Source of the DNA: Candidatus Omnitrophota bacterium
GTDB lineage: Bacteria; Omnitrophota; Gorgyraeia; Duberdicusellales; Duberdicusellaceae
Direction: 5' to 3'
Assembly (NCBI GenBank): GCA_016932855.1
Contig: JAFGCB010000029.1
Location: 2,547 to 66,546 of the forward strand
Length of the DNA: 64,000 bases
Shown: positions 46,471-55,143 of the stretch, in pieces
Position numbering within the stretch: the first letter of the stretch is position 1
How the letters are laid out: the number at the start of each line of letters is the position of its first letter
Notes under the pieces: model-generated
Database searches by the model: none
What the model saw: the letters and a program-made list of their open reading frames with translations, nothing else
What the model was told of the DNA's origin: nothing
Program-made: the position numbers and the translations under genes

Positions 46471-48216
46471 TTAAAAATGAAAGTCGTACATGACTTGAAC
46501 CCAGTTATGCTTTCGTTTATTGTCGGAAGGAGGCGCGCCCAAAGGCCAGCCGATATCATATCTTATACTAAAGTCGTTTATTTTAAAACGGAAACCGCAC
46601 CCGGCAGATTTTAAATTCGCTCTTCTTGCCTCATTGTTTCTGGGTTTTCTTACCCAAACATAGCCATAGTCATAAATTGCAAAAAGCTGCAAGGCTTTAT
46701 GCCATTTTGTCTCGGTAAAAGGAACATTCCAATTTTTCGGGATGATATAGGGCGGAAATAATAAACCTGCATTCACGCTGCAACCCGAATCTCCCAACAG
46801 CTCGGCCCGGGGGTAACCCCGGTTATCAGAGATGCCGTGCACACCGCCGATGCTGAACCTGTTAGCGCCGGGTAGGACATCGGTAGAGATCTCAAATTGG
46901 GGCTTCAGCAGAAGTTGAAGGTCGCCAAAGAGTTTTTGTCTGCGGGCTATGTATATACGATTATATACCCAATTACCGGTCATGCCAGGCATGCAGGCGC
47001 GTTCATCGATATCATGGCGTAAGCCTTGCCAGATATCCGGGATACTGATCTCCATATCGCTGGAAATAATCGTACGTCCATAATCATCAGTCGTATCAAA
47101 ATTGAAATGCGAGTATACGGCGCGTACTCTTTCCCGGCACATATACTCACGCATTACAAACATATTAACATCTTTATATATAAAACCCAAAGCAGCGCTG
47201 AGGTCGGTTTTCTCTTCTTCGATAAAGTGGTAATGAAGAAGAAACCAGGTTTTATAACTCCTTTTCTCCATAAGGAATAGTCTTTTTTTTCCGCAGTAAT
47301 GTTCTTCTTTAACCAAACCATAAAAATCAAATTTCAACCTTTCGCCTATAGGCAGGGTATAGTACATAATTGCTATATCTTGGTCTCGTGAAGGCCCCCT
47401 GCGATAATCGTAGAAAATTAAGGAATCATCGTGTCCGGTGAAATTATTATGCATGCCGACTAGCCTGTAGCGCCTGTATTCTGTGCTGGGGGAGTTATAA
47501 TTATTGAATTCATATATAAGATGTATGGGTAGGCGGTCTTTTACTTTAAGGACAATATCGGTAAATCCCGGCTTTTGTCCGGGTTTAACTATTACTTTTA
47601 TCTTTCGGTCAGGATGTTTGTTGAGTTTATGTATGTATTTGCGCAATATATGACCGTTGAAGGGGTCCGCTTCTTTTAAGCCAATCCTTTCCCTGATAAA
47701 ATCTTCTTTAAAATGTTTGTTGCCTTCTATCGTTATTTCTCCTACAAATCCTTCTCGGACCTTGAGTTCCAACTCCTCTTTATCAAATTCCTGTATGGGG
47801 ACAAATGCCCGGGATGTAGGATAGCCTTCTTTATAATAGAGATTTGAAATCTGGTCGGCAATTTCCTGCATTTGTTTTAAGGAAAGTTCTTTATTTTCAT
47901 AGGGCTTAGTAATTTCTCTGACTTCTTCTTGGGAGATAAAAGTTACACCCTTTACGTTAATTCTTTTGATGAAGATTCTTTCTCCGGGAAGCGAAGGAAG
48001 TTTCTCTTCTTCTTTTACAATCTGCTCGATTACTATTTCAGCAGGCGTTGGTTCTCTTTCTTGGAGTTTCTTTTCCATCTCAATAGCCATCTGGGATTCG
48101 TCGTCACCAAACTGAGCAATAAGCGATATAGGCCGACAGATAAGGAAATTTAAAAAGACCAGAACAAAGACTAATTTTTTAATTATATTTGTGCTATTTG
48201 TGGCAAACATAACCAT
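46471..48216 (-). CDS. TpsB/ShlB/FhaC-family outer-membrane transporter (POTRA + beta-barrel).
   Basis: ERIFIKRINVKGVTFISQEEVREITKPYENKELSLKQMQEIADQISNLYYKEGYPTSRAFVPIQEF...LELKVREG is a POTRA_2-type domain. C-terminal beta-barrel ends ...VMYDFHF. Confidence 0.7.
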   Translation of the reverse strand: MVMFATNSTNIIKKLVFVLVFLNFLICRPISLIAQFGDDESQMAIEMEKKLQEREPTPAEIVIEQIVKEEEKLPSLPGERIFIKRINVKGVTFISQEEVREITKPYENKELSLKQMQEIADQISNLYYKEGYPTSRAFVPIQEFDKEELELKVREGFVGEITIEGNKHFKEDFIRERIGLKEADPFNGHILRKYIHKLNKHPDRKIKVIVKPGQKPGFTDIVLKVKDRLPIHLIYEFNNYNSPSTEYRRYRLVGMHNNFTGHDDSLIFYDYRRGPSRDQDIAIMYYTLPIGERLKFDFYGLVKEEHYCGKKRLFLMEKRSYKTWFLLHYHFIEEEKTDLSAALGFIYKDVNMFVMREYMCRERVRAVYSHFNFDTTDDYGRTIISSDMEISIPDIWQGLRHDIDERACMPGMTGNWVYNRIYIARRQKLFGDLQLLLKPQFEISTDVLPGANRFSIGGVHGISDNRGYPRAELLGDSGCSVNAGLLFPPYIIPKNWNVPFTETKWHKALQLFAIYDYGYVWVRKPRNNEARRANLKSAGCGFRFKINDFSIRYDIGWPLGAPPSDNKRKHNWVQVMYDFHF

Positions 48217-48295
48217 ATTTTCTTTTTCGAAACCTTAAACCGGACAACGCTTTCAAAAGTTGAAAGTTCTTTAGGTTTAAGATATCATTTTTATT

Positions 48296-48769
48296 TTACT
48301 CTGTTGTTGTTTTTTTCACAACCCTTATTTGCAATATTCCTTCTTTAAAGTTCTGCACGGGAATGTAAGCACGCGACAGGAGATAACCTTTTTTATGATA
48401 CGCTTCAGTGACACTGTCAGCAATTTTTTGTATTTGCTTTAAAGAAAACTCTTTATTTTCGTACGCGGAAGTAATATCCTTTATTTCTTTTTCAGTAATA
48501 ATGCCTGCTCCGGTTAGTCTAATTTTTTTAATCAGGATTTTTTCTTCAAAGGAAGGAAAATCTAGTTCTTTTTCGGTCAGTGTTTCCTCAGGTTCTTCTT
48601 CTTGCTTAAAAAACAGCTCTTCTTCCTTGTTCTTAAAAAGAAACTGCTTTACTATTGCCTCTTCTTCTTGGGTTTCCTCAAAACAGTCAGTACATTGGCT
48701 AAAAAGCGGCATATTGACACAACTAGCTGTAAGAGTTAGTGATAGGACCAGGATGGTTTTTCTGAGCAT
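48296..48769 (-). CDS. Stand-alone POTRA-domain lipoprotein, a partial tandem duplicate of the TpsB 5' region.
   Basis: KILIKKIRLTGAGIITEKEIKDITSAYENKEFSLKQIQKIADSVTEAYHKKGYLLSRAYIPVQNF aligns with the TpsB POTRA. Nucleotide similarity 48440-48500 vs 47860-47920. Confidence 0.55.
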   Translation of the reverse strand: MLRKTILVLSLTLTASCVNMPLFSQCTDCFEETQEEEAIVKQFLFKNKEEELFFKQEEEPEETLTEKELDFPSFEEKILIKKIRLTGAGIITEKEIKDITSAYENKEFSLKQIQKIADSVTEAYHKKGYLLSRAYIPVQNFKEGILQIRVVKKTTTE

Positions 48770-48782
48770 AAATTTTCTTAGT

Positions 48783-50195
48783 CTAACCCCCGGGATTTTG
48801 AGTAATAGCCTTAGGTTTGGGTATCGACATCACCAGACCAATCACACCGGCTATAATGACAGAAATAGCGCAAAAATTAAATCTAAAGTATATTGAGTTA
48901 TTTCCCGCTATCGCAGCAACTCCTCCCAGGATTATCGGTGAAATAAACTGTCCAAAAAATATGGAACTACCCACAACAGCCATGCCCATGGCACGGGCTT
49001 GGGGCGGAGAATACTTTTGAACAAATAGAAATATGGATGGCTGTATAACGCCGAAATTCAAGCCCACTACTACGACGGCGACAAAAATCATAAATAAACT
49101 TGTAGCATTACCAAGCATCCCGAATCCTATTCCCATGAGTAAAATGGTAATAGGAAATGAGAAACGTTTAAGGAATTTAGTAATGTGGCTTAAAAATATC
49201 CCGGAGATCATCGCGCTAAGGGATAAGAGAGACAGGATATAACCGGCAATAGCAGTTTTACCAAGCTTTCCTGCGTGGATAACCAGCTTGTTATCTTTCT
49301 TTTCAATAAGATATCTTTTCCTGTCAACAATCTCCCATTTTTTTCCTTCTTCTATAACATTAATAAATGCATTCTCCGAAAGGTGGATATTCTTTTCTTT
49401 GAAAGCATTTTTTGTGAATTGAGAAAGTGTTTTTGCTTCTAAGTGATGCTGAAAATCCTGTTTACTTTCAAACAAGGGTTTTGGGGAAACGAATAATTGC
49501 CTTTCGTTTTCAAGCAACATAGCCATGTTTGTCATGACCGCATAAAAAACCACCATGTTTAGTGCGCAAAGTCCTGCGCAAATATACACTTTTAAGGGAA
49601 GCGCAGATTTTGCCTTTTGTCCCGGTTTTAGCGCCGGTTTAGGAGGTTCAGGCAAAAATATAGCGATTAATACAAGGATAACGAAGGCCATAGAATAGAC
49701 CCCAAAGGAATAGCGCCAGCTGATAACCGCAAGATAACCGGCTGCTATTTGAAATATGACTCCACCAAGGTTCTGGACTGAAACTGCATAGCCCATCATC
49801 TTGCGCCTGGCATCTGCTTCGTAGAAATCTCCTACCAAGGTCGTGGATAAGGGCATAATTAAGCCAACTCCTATACCTAAAATAGCCCGGATAATCAGAA
49901 GTTCAGTGATATTCCTGGCAAAACCTCCGCCAATGCCGGCAAGAAAGTAAATAGCCAGACCTATCAGCATAATTGTTTTTTTCTTCATCCGCTTGACAAG
50001 CCAACCGGTCACAAAACTGAAAGGAACAATAAAAAGCGGAGGTAAAGTTAATACCAGTTTAATAAGTGTATCATTAACACCGGGAAAGGCCATCCGGATT
50101 CTTCCTAAGGCCGGAGCAACGGCGGCGGAAGACATAATTGTCAGTAAAGAAACTGAGAGGATGGCCGGCTTTAGCATTTTCTCTTTTATATCCAT
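48783..50195 (-). CDS. MFS transporter with a ~100-aa insertion in the central cytoplasmic loop.
   Basis: 12 TM helices, MFS-like GxLaDrxGrR-type loop (VGDFYEADARRKMMG). Hydrophilic insert NERQLF...HAGK. Confidence 0.6.
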   Translation of the reverse strand: MDIKEKMLKPAILSVSLLTIMSSAAVAPALGRIRMAFPGVNDTLIKLVLTLPPLFIVPFSFVTGWLVKRMKKKTIMLIGLAIYFLAGIGGGFARNITELLIIRAILGIGVGLIMPLSTTLVGDFYEADARRKMMGYAVSVQNLGGVIFQIAAGYLAVISWRYSFGVYSMAFVILVLIAIFLPEPPKPALKPGQKAKSALPLKVYICAGLCALNMVVFYAVMTNMAMLLENERQLFVSPKPLFESKQDFQHHLEAKTLSQFTKNAFKEKNIHLSENAFINVIEEGKKWEIVDRKRYLIEKKDNKLVIHAGKLGKTAIAGYILSLLSLSAMISGIFLSHITKFLKRFSFPITILLMGIGFGMLGNATSLFMIFVAVVVVGLNFGVIQPSIFLFVQKYSPPQARAMGMAVVGSSIFFGQFISPIILGGVAAIAGNNSIYFRFNFCAISVIIAGVIGLVMSIPKPKAITQNPGG

Positions 50196-50287
50196 ACCAT
50201 TTTCCTTTTTTCTTTCTATTTGGGCAAATTTATTACAGATTAGTTTAGAGCACTTAGTTGTGAGTCAGACGATTTTTTCTTCGCGTT

Positions 50288-51841
50288 TTAGAATGCAAGA
50301 CGGCAACCACCATTCATTCGCCGTTCTGCCTTAGGGTGATACCCGGCTTGTCTTCTTGCCATGCATACATATATACAACCCGGACTTACCCAGACTCCTC
50401 CTCTGGCACCTGTTCCTTGAGCATCTTTTCCCGGCCAGGTAGGAATATTAGCATAGCCTTCTTTATCTAGGGTTCCATCTCCATGTACTCTTGTGAAAGA
50501 ACGCCCTATCTGATGACCGATCGATACACAGGTAATCCAGACATTACCGCACATTTCCGCTGCGCCGTAGAATGTGGCGCCTGCATTCTCTCTTTCCGAA
50601 TAACCTTCAACCATGGAATTGCCGAATACACCGCAGCTTACCGGGCCAAGAAGCCCTGGGTGCTTGGGTTTTTTTTGCTTACCCCGGTGCATAGGTCCAA
50701 TTCCGCCGTCAACACAGCAGTTAACTAATTTATTTTTGGGAAGTTTAAGTTCGTATCCGCTTCCGTCTTCTCCCTCAACTCCTTCGATTCTGCCTATCCG
50801 GGTTGAGCCCCAGGAAAATTCATAAGGAACAGGGTCTGCTGTTCCCCGGTTAGCCTTTTCATATTCCATCTCTGTCATCGGACGAAGCCCTGACCAGGCA
50901 GCGTAAGCCATGCTGTCAGTCCAGCCGAGAATATTGCAGGCACGTTGAGGGGCATTGGTGGAAAAAACTACCGATATATCCTGTCCGTTTCCCGAAGAAG
51001 GGCAGGTAATCGATTGCCTTAAAGTTTCTTTCTTGGTGTTACTCATTACATAAATGTTTTCAACCGCATCACCGCTTATATCCGAAGCAACGTGATTTTG
51101 CTGTTGTTCGCGGGTTAAGCAATTAAGAAAATCAACATAGTGCTGAGTGCTGAGTTCATATTTGCTTACCCAGAAAGCCTTATATCCTTTGGGAAAAGCT
51201 GCCGGAATAGTAAAAGGCGGCTCATCAAAACGGCTGTTCTTTCCTACAGGTCCCGCGACTCTCCCGCAATAGAGGCGGTCTTCTTCTTCAGCTACGAGAA
51301 TTTCATCTTCGGATTGTACAAGATAAGGACCGTTATTATAATAAGCGTAAAAACAATTAGCCGGTCCATCAGGTCCGTCAGGATCTCCTAAACAGAACCT
51401 ATCTTCCGGAACATAAACCATTTCTAGGCCAAAAACTTTCAGCTCTAGGTTTGAAAAATCCGTAACTTTTGCCTGCGAACAGTCCCACGCGAGTGTCACC
51501 TTTTTTGAACTTACTTTTCCTTCGCCTTTTGTCCGGAAAATGAAACTACCTTTCTTTGTTTCAGGAATCCATAAGCCCATTTCAGAGCTTGTACCTTCAG
51601 CCCCCTTGGAAAAACCAGACGGGGTCTGGTCGGTATAATCAAAATCAGCAGCACTTTTATTTTTTAAGTCAGTGTGTCTCCAAGGGCCATTACCCTGACG
51701 GAATTTAGCAAAAACCCAGACCCCGTCACAGTTAACCTTATTCTTCCATGCTTTATCCCAGGAAACGTCGAATTGGATTTTAGCCAAACCATCAACCTTG
51801 CTCACTTCCCCTAAAGAAACATTCTCGATTTTTAAATGCAT
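50288..51841 (-). CDS. FGE-sulfatase (SUMF1/EgtB-like) domain protein with an N-terminal ~150-aa unknown domain.
   Basis: MVYVPEDRFCLGDPDG...RPMTEMEYEKANRG...FSWGS...GNVW...ARGGVW...CRLAF follow FGE-family conserved blocks. Confidence 0.6.
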   Translation of the reverse strand: MHLKIENVSLGEVSKVDGLAKIQFDVSWDKAWKNKVNCDGVWVFAKFRQGNGPWRHTDLKNKSAADFDYTDQTPSGFSKGAEGTSSEMGLWIPETKKGSFIFRTKGEGKVSSKKVTLAWDCSQAKVTDFSNLELKVFGLEMVYVPEDRFCLGDPDGPDGPANCFYAYYNNGPYLVQSEDEILVAEEEDRLYCGRVAGPVGKNSRFDEPPFTIPAAFPKGYKAFWVSKYELSTQHYVDFLNCLTREQQQNHVASDISGDAVENIYVMSNTKKETLRQSITCPSSGNGQDISVVFSTNAPQRACNILGWTDSMAYAAWSGLRPMTEMEYEKANRGTADPVPYEFSWGSTRIGRIEGVEGEDGSGYELKLPKNKLVNCCVDGGIGPMHRGKQKKPKHPGLLGPVSCGVFGNSMVEGYSERENAGATFYGAAEMCGNVWITCVSIGHQIGRSFTRVHGDGTLDKEGYANIPTWPGKDAQGTGARGGVWVSPGCIYVCMARRQAGYHPKAERRMNGGCRLAF

Positions 51842-51865
51842 AGTTTGCTCCCTTTTTTTGCCTTT

Positions 51866-52483
51866 TTATTTTGAGGTAGTATTTCTTGTTGCTCTTTTTG
51901 CGCCGTATTGACGAAGAAGATTTACTGTTTCGGTATTGTTGTTAAATAAAGCCATAGAAAGTGGCGTAGCTCCGTTATCCATTTTAGCATTAACATCAGC
52001 ACCCTTCTTTAATAGAATCTTTACCACTTCCAGATGGCCTTTATCGCTTTTAAACGCCGCGAAATGAAGAGGTGTTGCCCCGTTTTTCGCCCGGGCGTTA
52101 ATTTTAGCCCCGTACTTAAGGAGAAGACTTGCTCCTTCTGGTCTAGCCTGAGAAGCCGCGACATGTAAAGGCGTGCCGTTATTTTTATTCCTTACATCCA
52201 CATCTGCGTGGTAGGTTTCAAGGAGCAGGGTCATTACGTCCAGGTGGCCTCTGCTGGTTGCCCAGTGCAGGGGAGTTTTGCCTTCTTCGTCCGGTATCTG
52301 CAAGAGTGAAGGGTTCTGGTCAAGAAGCTTTTTTACCTTTTCCGCATTTCCTGATTTTGCAGCGTCGTGAATAGGCCCGGCATCAGCGGTTATTGAAAAT
52401 ATTAACAAGATTGCAAGAAAAGCTACACAACCTAGATTTTTAGTCATAATCTCTTTTCTTAATTTTGACCGGAGTATCGTCAA
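51866..52483 (-). CDS. Secreted ankyrin-repeat protein.
   Basis: Signal/TM LGCVAFLAILLIFSITADA. GKTPLHWATSRGHLDVMTLLL, GTPLHVAASQ, GATPLHFAAF... ANK repeats. Confidence 0.7.
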   Translation of the reverse strand: MTILRSKLRKEIMTKNLGCVAFLAILLIFSITADAGPIHDAAKSGNAEKVKKLLDQNPSLLQIPDEEGKTPLHWATSRGHLDVMTLLLETYHADVDVRNKNNGTPLHVAASQARPEGASLLLKYGAKINARAKNGATPLHFAAFKSDKGHLEVVKILLKKGADVNAKMDNGATPLSMALFNNNTETVNLLRQYGAKRATRNTTSK

Positions 52484-52508
52484 GAGTTTAATCCTATCTT
52501 AATAAGCC

Positions 52509-52726
52509 AAAAATCAAAATTCAAAAGGAAAAAGTTCAAGTTAAAATTCAAAATCTTTAAAAATCTTGATATTTTAGATGTTTTTTAAAATATGTGTCAA
52601 TTTTTCTCTGACTTTTGACTTTTGAATTGCAATTTTGAGTTTTGAATTTTTACTTTTGAATTTTTTCATCTTCCAGTATCCAGAATCTAAGATCTAACAT
52701 CAATTATCCAGTAACCGGAATCCAGG
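52509..52726. repeat. Mirrored tandem-repeat arrays (AAAATTCAAAA-type x3-4 / TTTTGAAT-type x5) flanking a ~55-bp AT-rich core, followed by 4 ATCCAG-type direct repeats.
   Basis: aaaaatcaaaattcaaaaggaaaaagttcaagttaaaattcaaaatc ... gacttttgacttttgaattgcaattttgagttttgaatttttacttttgaatttttt ; then cttccagtatccagaatc...ttatccagtaaccggaatccagg. Confidence 0.55.
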
Positions 52727-52727
52727 A

Positions 52728-54719
52728 TCAAGCATTCCGCACCGGTCGAAAAGCGTAACGGCCGTTCTTTTTAGCGGCATAATAGCCGTCATAGCCGAAT
52801 TGAAAGTTTACTCCCCAGCCGAATGTATCTCCATAAGTTGTTGAGGCCCAATAGAATCCTAAAGGTGCAGTCTTTACATCAGGAAAAAATTCTTTATTAT
52901 ACCAGAGTCCGTCCGTGCAGGATAAATCAATAAGAGTGGCTATTTCCTTTATATTAGGAAGCCTCCAGTCGGAGTGACCGCCAAGAGTAAGATTTTCGCA
53001 ATACTTAAGAGCCTCCTGCCAGTTTAAATCCGGGCTTTCTTCTTTCTTCCACACTAGATTCGTGTTTAAATCAGTTATTGTGCCGTCTGTGTTATCCTTG
53101 AAAGCGTACTTCTGGGGGTCGCCAAAATTTTTATTGTATCCGCCGCGCACCGCTCTTACGTAGTAAGAAGTGTCTTTTAAGTAGCAGATAGTGCATCCGT
53201 AGGCAAAGTAGACGCCCCAGATTAAGTCAGGGTTCTTTGCGAATGCTAGGCTGGTCCAGTAAAAAGACGGACGGCAATGGGGAAAATATTTTTCCGAAAC
53301 AGCCGGTACAAGGCTGCTATAGTCTATAATAGAACGAAACTCTTCCCGGTTAGGCAGGCGCCAATCATTAAAACCAGCGTATTCTCGTTTATTAAGTTGG
53401 TCTACATATTCTTTAGCTGCTTCGAAGGTGTATTTGTTGTCTTTAAAGTTTATATCAGCCGGGTTCGGAGACTTAATTTCCCACACTAAGCCGGTATTGC
53501 CATCTTTTGTCATTAGAAAGCCTTTCTCGAAGCTTAGTTCATCGGATATTTCTTTACCGCCGTAGCCTAGTTTCCTAAAGGAAAAAGGGTTTATTGAGTA
53601 TGAGCCGTCCTGGCCGTAATAGTCTTCTTTCTTTTTAGGCGGGGTTATCTGGTTTCCGTCTTGGTCATAACATATTTTTTGCCCGCTATCAGGCAGTTTA
53701 AATTCTGTTGAGCCCGTTCTTATAGCCGGGGTTAAATTTCTAACAGCCCGGATAAGAAGCTTAGCGTTTTTATTGGCGTAATAGCCGTCATAGCCAAAGC
53801 AGAAGTTTGTTACCCAGGCATAGGTCTTCTCGAAAGGAGTCGATGAAAAATAATGCAATAGCGGAGGCTGCAGGCCTTCGGCGGGAAAAAAATCTTTATG
53901 ATACCACCATCCGTCTTTGTATGATAAGTCTAAAATAGTATTTAATTCCTTTATATTAGGAAGCCTCCAGTCGGAGTGACCGGCAAGTTTCAGCTGTTTA
54001 CAGTAATCCAAAGCTTCATACCAGCTCATCCTGGGGTTTTCACCCTTTTGCCACATAAGGTCGGTTTTTAAGTCGGTTATTGTTCCGTCTCCACCATCCT
54101 TAAATTTCGGTTTTTCAGGGTTACCGAAGTTTAAAAGGCCGCCGCGTACGGCTCTTACGCATTGCAGGCTTGAAGGAGTATAAGGTATGCCGCTGCCAAG
54201 TCCGAAGAAAATTCCCCAGATAAAAGGCGGCTGCATTTTGTAGGGTATACTTGTCCAGTAGAAAGATACCTGGCAGTTAGGAAAATAAGACTCATCTACC
54301 GCAGGGTCGGTTTTGCCGTAATCAACAATTGAGCGCAGTTCGTCCTTATTGGGAAGTCGCCAGTCGGAGAATCCTCCGTATTTTTCCTGATTAAGTTTTT
54401 TTATAAAAGTTTCTTGGGCCTGGGAAAAATTGTACTTTACCTTGCAGAAATTTATATCCTTAGGGTTTGGTGATTTTACTTCCCAGATTAAGCCGGTGTT
54501 ATTGTCTTTAACCATACGCAAACCCTCTTTCCACGAAAAGTCATCAGGAAGCGGATTGCTTTTAAGGCTGAGTTTAGTAAATGATATAGGATTTACGATA
54601 AAGCATCCGTTTTGGCCGTAAAGCTTATCTTCGGGTTTTGGGTTTATTTCTCTGCCTTTTTCATTGAAGCATCTTGTGCATCCGCTGTCAGGAAGTCTAA
54701 ATTTTCCGGTTTGGTTCAT
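52728..54719 (-). CDS. Protein with three DUF1566 (Lcl C-terminal-like) domains.
   Basis: Three repeats of TGL(I/V/M)W...W(Y/Q)EAL.YC..L.L.GHSDWRLPN(I)KEL. Each repeat is ~200 aa. Confidence 0.6.
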   Translation of the reverse strand: MNQTGKFRLPDSGCTRCFNEKGREINPKPEDKLYGQNGCFIVNPISFTKLSLKSNPLPDDFSWKEGLRMVKDNNTGLIWEVKSPNPKDINFCKVKYNFSQAQETFIKKLNQEKYGGFSDWRLPNKDELRSIVDYGKTDPAVDESYFPNCQVSFYWTSIPYKMQPPFIWGIFFGLGSGIPYTPSSLQCVRAVRGGLLNFGNPEKPKFKDGGDGTITDLKTDLMWQKGENPRMSWYEALDYCKQLKLAGHSDWRLPNIKELNTILDLSYKDGWWYHKDFFPAEGLQPPLLHYFSSTPFEKTYAWVTNFCFGYDGYYANKNAKLLIRAVRNLTPAIRTGSTEFKLPDSGQKICYDQDGNQITPPKKKEDYYGQDGSYSINPFSFRKLGYGGKEISDELSFEKGFLMTKDGNTGLVWEIKSPNPADINFKDNKYTFEAAKEYVDQLNKREYAGFNDWRLPNREEFRSIIDYSSLVPAVSEKYFPHCRPSFYWTSLAFAKNPDLIWGVYFAYGCTICYLKDTSYYVRAVRGGYNKNFGDPQKYAFKDNTDGTITDLNTNLVWKKEESPDLNWQEALKYCENLTLGGHSDWRLPNIKEIATLIDLSCTDGLWYNKEFFPDVKTAPLGFYWASTTYGDTFGWGVNFQFGYDGYYAAKKNGRYAFRPVRNA

Positions 54720-55132
54720 TTTTTTTCCTTTCGTTCAATCAATTCTATAAAAATGCCGTCCGGATCTTTAATAAAAAAATATCGTAAACCGTTGGGAAGT
54801 TTGTTTATATCCGTGCCCAGGCAAACTCCCTGGTTTTTCAGCCTTTGGTAATCGGGCTCTATATCCTCTGTTTCAAGGGCGAAATGTTTTACTCCCAGGG
54901 TTTGCAATTCGCTTAAAAGATTTTTCCGGTATTCCGGAAGCGCTTTAGGCTCTTTAAATTCGAAGAGCTCAAGCCTAAGAGTATTGTTTTCTAAGATAGC
55001 TATATCAGGGTCCTGGGAATCACCTTTGATATGTTCCTTAAGCTTAAATCCGAAATTTTTCTCATAAAAAGCTGAAGACTTCTCAATGCTGGAAATACTT
55101 ATGGCGATATGCCCGAGTTTTAATTTCCCCAC
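54716..55132 (-). CDS. VOC/glyoxalase-family protein.
   Basis: LGHIAISISSIEKSSAFYEKNFGFKL...HFALETEDI...DPDGIFIELIE. Confidence 0.65.
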   Translation of the reverse strand: MGKLKLGHIAISISSIEKSSAFYEKNFGFKLKEHIKGDSQDPDIAILENNTLRLELFEFKEPKALPEYRKNLLSELQTLGVKHFALETEDIEPDYQRLKNQGVCLGTDINKLPNGLRYFFIKDPDGIFIELIERKEKK

Positions 55133-55143
55133 TGTCTTTTTAC

